64,000 nucleotides of DNA from a bacterium (GTDB taxonomy: Bacteria > UBA8248 > JACPRG01 > G963555815), in NCBI GenBank assembly GCA_965261595.1, contig CBDHDG010000005.1, forward strand, positions 800,001 through 864,000, written 5' to 3'. Position 1 is the stretch's first letter. Each line of letters opens with the position of its first letter. Positions 60,281 to 64,000 of this stretch are shown one piece after another. The notes under the pieces were generated by a model. That model was not told where the DNA came from and did not search any database. It saw only the letters and a list, made by a program, of their open reading frames with translations. A program made the translations under genes and the position numbers.

Positions 60281-61630
60281 TCAGCGTCCCAACGCGGTGA
60301 GTGCTGTCGCGCTCATTTTGATGCCGGTGATGAAGTGATCGATGCGTAGATGCTCGTTCGGCCCGTGCTGACCATTGTTCGGCTGGGCATACGGAACCCA
60401 GATGGTGGGCAGGCCGAGCGTTTCGGTGAAGATGTCGTTGCCGAGGCTCCCGCCCAATGTAGGTTGAAGAACGGGCGGCGCTTCGAGAATGCCCTCCGCA
60501 TGCATATTCTCAAAGGCATCGAGTACGGTTTGGACGAATGGATTGTCGATCGGCGTCTTCGTTGGAGGATAGCTGGAGAACTGTGTGAGCGTGGCGTGGG
60601 GGACGCCCCGGGCCTCAATATGGCCCTTGATTTTCCGGAAGGTGTTCTCAGGCGTCATGTCTTTCACGAGGCGGGCATCGAGGTAGGCCGTCGCGTGGCC
60701 GGGAATGATGGTGGACTCCATCCCGCAGTCGAAGCCTTCCAGTGTGAAGGTGGGCCGGAACATGAGCTTTTCATTGACCGAAAGACCCTCAGGGCCGTAG
60801 AAGCGCTCGATACCCAGACTGCGCCGAATCTCCTCTTCGCCGGTGTTCATGTTACTCAGTGCTTGGCGCTCGAGGGGCGATGGCGGCGCGACGTCATCGT
60901 AGTATCCCGGAATCAACACCTCTCCCTCGGGCGACTTCATCGAATGGAGGAGGTGCACCAGATCCCAGGCGGGGTTGCGGATGATCTCTCCGAAGTTCCC
61001 CGAGTGGACGTGCGCTCCGACTTCGTTTCGCACCGTGAGGCGCATTCTCAGAAGCCCCCGAAATCCGAGAAACACCGTGGGTCTTCCACTGAAGTGGCGG
61101 GGGCCGTCCGAAGCGTAGAGCAGGTCCGTCTTCAATTCCTCCCGATGGGCTTCGGCGAAAGAGCGGAGGTTCTTCGAGCCCACCTCCTCCTCTCCTTCGA
61201 AGAGAAAAATGACCTTGACCGGGAGCTTTTCCATCTCATGAAGGGTGCGGACGGCGAGGGCGTTTGCGAGAAGCTGCCCCTTGTTGTCCGTCGCCCCGCG
61301 CGCGTAGATACACCCGTTCCTCTCCACAGGCTCGAAGGGAGGCGTATCCCATTCAGAGAGATCTCCCGGTTGTTTTACGTCGTAGTGTCCGTAGATGAGC
61401 ACGCTTCGGGAGGCCGAGGGCGGGGAGAGGGCGCCGAGAACGACGGGATGCCCTCCGGTGGGGACAACGCGGGTCGCGACCCCCCAGCTTTCGAGCCAAT
61501 TCCGCAAGTGCTCGGCGCATTCGGCCACGCCTTCCCCCGTGTAGCTCACACTCGGACGGCGGAGGAGCTCTTTCAGCGCGTCGAGAAACTCACCTTTCTT
61601 GCAATCGACGGCTTCGTAAACTTTTTTCAT
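60281..61630 (-). CDS. M20 family dipeptidase-like metallohydrolase
   Basis: YGHYDV, RGATDNKG, EGEEE, ASD and QHGPNE, all intact. Confidence 0.9.
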   Translation of the reverse strand: MKKVYEAVDCKKGEFLDALKELLRRPSVSYTGEGVAECAEHLRNWLESWGVATRVVPTGGHPVVLGALSPPSASRSVLIYGHYDVKQPGDLSEWDTPPFEPVERNGCIYARGATDNKGQLLANALAVRTLHEMEKLPVKVIFLFEGEEEVGSKNLRSFAEAHREELKTDLLYASDGPRHFSGRPTVFLGFRGLLRMRLTVRNEVGAHVHSGNFGEIIRNPAWDLVHLLHSMKSPEGEVLIPGYYDDVAPPSPLERQALSNMNTGEEEIRRSLGIERFYGPEGLSVNEKLMFRPTFTLEGFDCGMESTIIPGHATAYLDARLVKDMTPENTFRKIKGHIEARGVPHATLTQFSSYPPTKTPIDNPFVQTVLDAFENMHAEGILEAPPVLQPTLGGSLGNDIFTETLGLPTIWVPYAQPNNGQHGPNEHLRIDHFITGIKMSATALTALGR

Positions 61631-62094
61631 GCGGTTTTGCCATTCGGTGGCGGACAATCCAATCCTGGAAGTTCTTGAGATGGATCGGGAAAGCGCGCAA
61701 AGCATCGCCCATTCGATTCTTGCCCGGTGTGGCAGTGAATCCGGCCATCCATACCGGCCCTTCAATTATAAGATCGGTTCACGCCGCACGCTATGGACAG
61801 CCGCGGCTGATACCGTCTAATACCGCAATCGCGGGCTGAGTATCCAAACCTTTTGCATTGGTACAATAAACCCTTCGACCCTTTTGACGGACGATGGGGC
61901 AAAAAGATTCATCGGTGATCTGAATCCTTACGGTGAGTCAATCAGTCTAAACTAATGAGATTCGGTGAATCGCATCTCAAGCCGGTCGTGATCCCGTTGA
62001 ATATCTCAACGGCCTAAGCTGAATCGATCAAGAAAAAGGATCCGACCCAAGAGCGCTCGAGAGGTCATGGCCTCCGCCTCGGGAGGGATTGACC

Positions 62095-63606
62095 ATGAAA
62101 GCCAATATCCGGTTGAAAATAGAGGGCGGCGACGCCCTGAAGTTCCATTCGGAGCGTGTTGAGATCGGCTCCGAGAAGGCTTTGGACGTTTCTTTTGACC
62201 CGAATCCGTTTCCCATGGTTTCGGAGAGACACGCCCACCTCGCTTTCGAGTGTGGAATCCATGTCCTTTACGACAACGCATCCGCCCAGGGCACATTTGT
62301 CAACGGGGAGCGAATCTCCGTGGCGAAGCTCAAGAGTGGAGACCGGATCCGGCTTGGACAGGGCGGCCCGACCCTTCTCTTCGAAGACGGGTCCCCATTC
62401 ACCTCACGACTGAAGTTCGTTCTCGGCCGGTGCGGGGTCGATGGGAAGATGCTTCAGGCGATGGTCTCGGACTCCCTGGCGGAGGTCACGACGGGCAAAG
62501 GGAAAAAACCGGAAAAAGCCTCCGGGATCGTCCAGGAGGTTCTGGGGCGGGTGAAGCTTCAACAGTCGATCCGTCTCCTGACGGCCGTGTTTGTGGGACT
62601 CCTCCTCACGGCCGGCTCGGTTGCGGGAATCCTCCTTTGGACGGGGAGGCGCCTGAAGGGTCTCGAGGAAGTGACGTTCCGGCGGGCGTCCGAGCGGGCG
62701 ACCCTCATGGAAAGCCGCGAGAGGGATTTCCGCCGCCGGATTCGAGGCCTGAAGTCTGAGCTGGTCCGCAAAGAAGCCTCCGCTTCGACCGAGGTTGACG
62801 CCCTGCGGTCCAACCTGAAAAACCTCAGAGAAACCCTGGAAGAGAACAGGCGGGGATTTTGGGCGATCGCCGAGCGGAATCAAAAGGCTGTGGTCCTCCT
62901 CCAACACACCTTTCAGGTGTTCAACCTGAAAACGGGCCGCACCGTGAGGGTCGTCAGCCGCCGGACCAACGGGGCCCCGATGTTTTCCGAGGGTCCGGTG
63001 GGCGTCCCCGTGACCCTCAGTATCCAGGGCACGGGCTTTGTGATTGACCCCCGGGGAACCATCCTGACGAATCGCCACGTCGCCGAGCCTTGGCGGGAGA
63101 ATGACCGTCTGCGGAGCGCAGGGTGGTCCGGACGGACCGTCCTTCTGAGCGCCACCTTCGCCGATACGGACCGCCCGGTTCCCGCGAAGATCCTCAAGGT
63201 TTCCCGGGAGGTGGACGCGGCTGCGCTTCGGATCGATCCATTTCCCGGCATGCCGGTTGTCCAGGCCATCGAGCCCAACCCGAAAAAGGTCCGCCAGGGG
63301 CTGCGCGTCGCCATCATCGGATTTCCCAGCGGGGTCATGATGGAGGGAAAGGCCAAGACCACGCTCACGACGGGAGTCCTCAGCAAGGTCAACCTCCGCA
63401 AGGAACTCCAGTTCGACGCCCCCGTGAACCCGGGAAACAGCGGAGGGCCCATCTTCAATGAGCGGGGACATGTGATCGGCATCGTCCATGCGGTGGGTGT
63501 GGGCCCCGGGGGCGCCAGGCTCCATGGGATCAGTTACGGAGTCCCCATCCGGTTTGCGACGAGCCTCGCGGCGGCGCCTGACCGGGTTTCGGGCCTGGGT
63601 CCCTGA
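62095..63606 (+). CDS. FHA domain - transmembrane helix - coiled coil - trypsin-like serine protease
   Basis: VSERHA..GTFVNG FHA pattern; LLTAVFVGLLL helix; triad TNRHV, VDAA and GNSGGP. Confidence 0.88.
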   Translation: MKANIRLKIEGGDALKFHSERVEIGSEKALDVSFDPNPFPMVSERHAHLAFECGIHVLYDNASAQGTFVNGERISVAKLKSGDRIRLGQGGPTLLFEDGSPFTSRLKFVLGRCGVDGKMLQAMVSDSLAEVTTGKGKKPEKASGIVQEVLGRVKLQQSIRLLTAVFVGLLLTAGSVAGILLWTGRRLKGLEEVTFRRASERATLMESRERDFRRRIRGLKSELVRKEASASTEVDALRSNLKNLRETLEENRRGFWAIAERNQKAVVLLQHTFQVFNLKTGRTVRVVSRRTNGAPMFSEGPVGVPVTLSIQGTGFVIDPRGTILTNRHVAEPWRENDRLRSAGWSGRTVLLSATFADTDRPVPAKILKVSREVDAAALRIDPFPGMPVVQAIEPNPKKVRQGLRVAIIGFPSGVMMEGKAKTTLTTGVLSKVNLRKELQFDAPVNPGNSGGPIFNERGHVIGIVHAVGVGPGGARLHGISYGVPIRFATSLAAAPDRVSGLGP

Positions 63607-63759
63607 CCACCGGCTGACAGCGCCCGGGGTATTGAACGGTTGCCATCTGGATCAACTCCCGGGCGTCCTCTCTCCTCCACCGGAATTCAATAGACGCGTG
63701 GTGGAGAGGTGGATAAAGGAACGGAAAGGCGCAGTGGTCAAGCGAAGCGCGCATCTTCC

Positions 63760-64000
63760 CTACAACGCGTTCTCGAACGGCGTGTGCCTGCGTTCGAGGT
63801 ACTCTCCGTGCGGTCCTCCGGCCGTCACCCGGCCGTCTTCCACGATCGTCCGGCCCCTGAGGATGACCCTTTCGAGCTTGCCGCGGACGCGCATGCCTTC
63901 CAGGAGCGATACGCCCAGGAGGAAGTCCCGGTTCCGGAACGTGAACGCGCGGCCCGGATCGAGGATCACGATGTCCGCGTCCGCGCCGACGCCGATATGC
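63760..64000 (-). CDS. C-terminus of a cyclic amidohydrolase (dihydropyrimidinase/dihydroorotase-like), truncated by window end
   Basis: IGVGADADIVILDP..EGMRVRG..VILRGR. Confidence 0.75.
   Translation of the reverse strand, partial: HIGVGADADIVILDPGRAFTFRNRDFLLGVSLLEGMRVRGKLERVILRGRTIVEDGRVTAGGPHGEYLERRHTPFENAL

Noticed and set aside
61890..62030. c-di-AMP (ydaO) or c-di-GMP-I riboswitch
   Set aside because: Only fragments resemble the consensus (CUGAAUCC, GGUGAAUC, GGCAAA); the other conserved blocks are missing
1..64000. CRISPR array, tRNA/rRNA, transposase, integrase or prophage
   Set aside because: No regularly spaced repeats, cloverleaf sequences or mobile-element protein motifs were seen
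1..64000. Genome-wide stop-codon reassignment
   Set aside because: TAG and TGA end well-recognised genes at their natural C-termini (rpsU, hpt, hemE, thiE); only the OsmC UGA has supporting context

Overview
GC-rich, gene-dense bacterial chromosome window with about 55 genes. I found no rRNA, tRNA, CRISPR array, transposase or prophage. Main blocks: (1) a minus-strand run (7.2 to 0.5 kb) with an AmgK-like kinase, a GNAT, a FemAB-type GNAT, an MshA-like glycosyltransferase, a PIG-L deacetylase, a TatA-like/PAP2 locus split at a G19 tract and a MOSC protein, which together resemble a mycothiol-like pathway lacking MshC; (2) housekeeping genes thiE, rpsU, thiI, hpt, hemE, hemH and a YfhL-type ferredoxin; (3) a DUF1116/carbamate kinase/MFS unit; (4) a GT2 / GT-C / BtpA / cupin glycosylation locus; (5) a ~15 kb divergent catabolic island for a nitrogen compound (LLM, ABC, Rieske oxygenase, deaminase, two class III aminotransferases, two nitrilases, dihydropyrimidinase, SDR) with several altered active sites; (6) a probable selenocysteine-containing OsmC protein (in-frame UGA plus SECIS-like hairpin) and a 30-aa bS22-like protein, neither called intact by the ORF track; (7) an orphan molybdoenzyme subunit beside an atypical M20; (8) an ast cluster with an apparent aminotransferase-AstA read-through; (9) an FHA-serine protease. 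At least seven genes carry 1-2 nt frameshifts in short runs or dinucleotides, which suggests consensus errors, so single-base oddities need read-level checks. All calls come from recognising motifs by eye; no database searches were run.
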